Assembly (NCBI RefSeq): GCF_001194135.2
Contig: NC_069010.1
Coordinates: 3,476,315 to 3,513,495 of the forward strand
DNA length: 37,181 nt
Direction: 5' to 3'
From: Octopus bimaculoides
Lineage: Eukaryota
Shown in pieces: positions 34,529-37,181 of the stretch. Made by a program: the position numbers and the translations under genes. The stretch's first letter is position 1; each line of letters opens with the position of its first letter. The notes under the pieces are model-generated. The model was not told the DNA's origin and did not search any database. It was given only the letters and a program-made list of their open reading frames with translations.

Positions 34529-34886
34529 CATTTCTTTTATTAGCCACACAGGGCTCAACAAAGATGGGACAAATACAATGAAGATAGATAGATAGATAGA
34601 TAGATAGATTGTAATGAATGCATGAAGGAAGGAAGGAAGGAAGGAAGGAAGAGATGAAGAATAAGAGTGTAATTTATTCATTTCATCTTTATAGATGCAA
34701 CATTTTTAATATTTACATCTGTGGGAATAAAAAAAAAAAAATCATTGTTTCATCTCTGAGTATTAAGCTTGTTCCTATATATGTAATGATCTTGTTAATG
34801 ACAACTCTCTCTGTCTGTCTGTCTCTCTCTCTCTCTCTGTACATACATACATATACACACATGCACACACATGCATCATATATGTA

Positions 34887-34919
<33 letters not shown>

Positions 34920-36249
34920 TTGCGAGTAAAAATAAATACAAAAAAGGTGGGTTTTTTTTGTATGATTGTGTATAGAGGAATATATTATTTTGCTTAAAAG
35001 AGTTCCAACACTGTCTGTTTTTTATGTTTTATTTATATTCCTGCAGAACCAATGTGGGGTATAGAATATGGAATATACAATATATAATATAATATACAAT
35101 ATACAATATAAAATAAAATAAAATAAAAATGGATGGCACCATGAAAGAAAGTATTGAATGTGTTCAATATAAAGGATCAAATATATAAATATATAAATAT
35201 AAATATATANNNNNNNNNNNNNNNNNNNNNNNNNNNNNNNNNNNNNNNNNNNNNNNNNNNNNNNNNNNNNNNNNNNNNNNNNNNNNNNNNNNNNNNNNNN
35301 NNNNNNNNNNNNNNNNNNNNNNNNNNNNNNNNNNNNNNNNNNNNNNNNNNNNNNNNNNNNNNNNNNNNNNNNNNNNNNNNNNNNNNNNNNNNNNNNNNNN
35401 NNNNNNNNNNNNNNNNNNNNNNNNNNNNNNNNNNNNNNNNNNNNNNNNNNNNNNNNNNNNNNNNNNNNNNNNNNNNNNNNNNNNNNNNNNNNNNNNNNNN
35501 NNNNNNNNNNNNNNNNNNNNNNNNNNNNNNNNNNNNNNNNNNNNNNNNNNNNNNNNNNNNNNNNNNNNNNNNNNNNNNNNNNNNNNNNNNNNNNNNNNNN
35601 NNNNNNNNNNNNNNNNNNNNNNNNNNNNNNNNNNNNNNNNNNNNNNNNNNNNNNNNNNNNNNNNNNNNNNNNNNNNNNNNNNNNNNNNNNNNNNNNNNNN
35701 NNNNNNNNNNNNNNNNNNNNNNNNNNNNNNNNNNNNNNNNNNNNNNNNNNNNNNNNNNNNNNNNNNNNNNNNNNNNNNNNNNNNNNNNNNNNNNNNNNNN
35801 NNNNNNNNNNNNNNNNNNNNNNNNNNNNNNATACACACATGCACACACATGCATCATATATGTATATATATATATATATATACATATATACGACAGGACT
35901 CCGTGAGCCTCCGTCCACCAAATCCACTCACAAGGCTTTGGTCGGCCCGAGGCTATAGTAGAAGACACCTGCCCAAGGTGCCACGCAGTGGGACTGAACC
36001 CGGAACCATGTGGTTGGTAAGCAAGCTACTTACCACACAGCCACTATCTGGTAGGATTTATGTGGGTAGCAGTGGTCGCTTAATCTCTGACATGGGTTGT
36101 CGTTAACAAGACGACAATTTTCAGGTTATTAACATCATGTTCAGAGATGAAACAACATTTTTTCCATGGACGTAGGGAATGTTTCTGAAAATGACAGTTG
36201 TATATATATACTTAATTCCTTCTCCTTCTCAACATCAGATATATACATG

Positions 36250-36812
36250 TATGTATGCATATGTGTGCATATATATATGTAAACTTAGGTATCCACAAGT
36301 TTTCAGCAGGCTTTCAAGTGCTTAGAACCCTCCTGATAATCCTTGCTGCCCCTAAGAGACAATCATTCTGTTGGAGCCTTACCAGGCATTCTATTCCAAT
36401 CTCCTTCAGCCATTCGTCTATATCTTGGCTTACTGTTCCCAATGACCCAATAATTATATGCCCGACCTTTACTTTTCACATGCTCCAAATTTACTTTTCA
36501 CATGCTCCAAATTCTTCCTATTTCAAATTTCAAGGGATTGTATTTTCTTTGTTTTTCTTCCTCTTTCTTTAAGTTCCTGGAATCAAACAGTGAGCAGCTT
36601 CGCCTTCCTTGTCTTTAATCATTATCTCTGGTCTTTTATTTTCTAATTTCTTCTCCATTTGAATAGGAAAGTCCCACAAAATCTTACATTTCTCCGACTC
36701 CAGTACTCTTTCGACTCGGTGATTGTCCCATGTGTTTCCAGCTACAAATCCCCATTTCTGGCACAGTTTCCAGTGTAAAACTTTTACAACCTGGTCGTGT
36801 CCCCATTTTTTA
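36250..36812 (-). mobile_element. 5'-truncated, decayed REL-endonuclease LINE (R4/Dong-like)
   Basis: Reads HDQVVKVLHWKLCQKWGF..W.NHRVERVLESEKCKILWDFPIQ...RPEI, then after frameshifts EEKQRKYNPLKFEIGRIW..IIIGSLGTV...CLLGAARIIRRVLST* (stop at about 36314). Confidence 0.85.
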
Positions 36813-36908
36813 TATTCTTCTTCATCATCTTCATCATCATCATCATCATCATCATTATTATTATTATTAATAGTCAAGAAGAAGAGCTACGTCAATCCTT
36901 TTTAAAAA

Positions 36909-36944
<36 letters not shown>

Positions 36945-36951
36945 GTCAAAA

Positions 36952-37181
36952 TTAAAAGAGTGCATTTGCTATCTTGTGAACAATATTTCGACATCTTGCG
37001 TGTCTTCCACTGGTTCAAAAAATAAATTTGTCAATCTACTTCATTTTCGTTTATATAGAAAGGATTGAGGTAACTCCTCCTGAAGATATAGCGTCAACAT
37101 TAAAAGAAGAGTGCCATTTGCTATCTCGTGAACAATATTTTGACATCTTGCGTGTCTTCCACTGGTTCAAAAAATATATTT
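36952..37181 (+). repeat. Direct repeat, ~80-bp block recurring after ~150 bp; runs off the window end
   Basis: acatcttgcgtgtcttccactggttcaaaaaata at 36991 and 37143. Confidence 0.8.

Overview
Eukaryotic, repeat-rich genomic DNA from a gappy draft assembly: 16 N-gaps, about 8.5 kb in total. The SINE/MITE/microsatellite landscape looks like an Octopus (cephalopod) genome; this is inferred from recognising the repeat families, not from a database search. The only protein-coding gene I can firmly support is the 3' half of an SVOP-like MFS transporter on the + strand. It has five clear coding exons at 254-330, 1976-2086, 2211-2322, 3782-3863 and 5529-5618, a probable terminal exon at 8849-8890, and one expected exon that is not visible and probably lies in the 6024-6794 gap. 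The rest is tRNA-derived SINEs of several families, three decayed REL-endonuclease LINE 3' ends, a broken Tc1/mariner transposase, hAT- and piggyBac-type MITEs, fold-back elements, a ~128-bp tandem array and many microsatellites. Apart from the few track ORFs that overlap SVOP exons or transposon relics, the ORFs in the supplied track are artefacts of microsatellites, N-runs or SINEs. The most interesting unexplained signals are (i) a sense-strand hammerhead-ribozyme motif in an SVOP intron, (ii) a 303-bp insertion with a 14-bp target duplication in which a tRNA-Thr-like core is bracketed by a 50-bp inverted repeat, (iii) a tandem array apparently built from a dispersed retroposon-tail-like module, (iv) long intronic dsRNA-forming hairpins, and (v) a perfect RFX X-box with orphan exon candidates nearby. 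I cannot claim a new biological system from sequence alone; these are leads.
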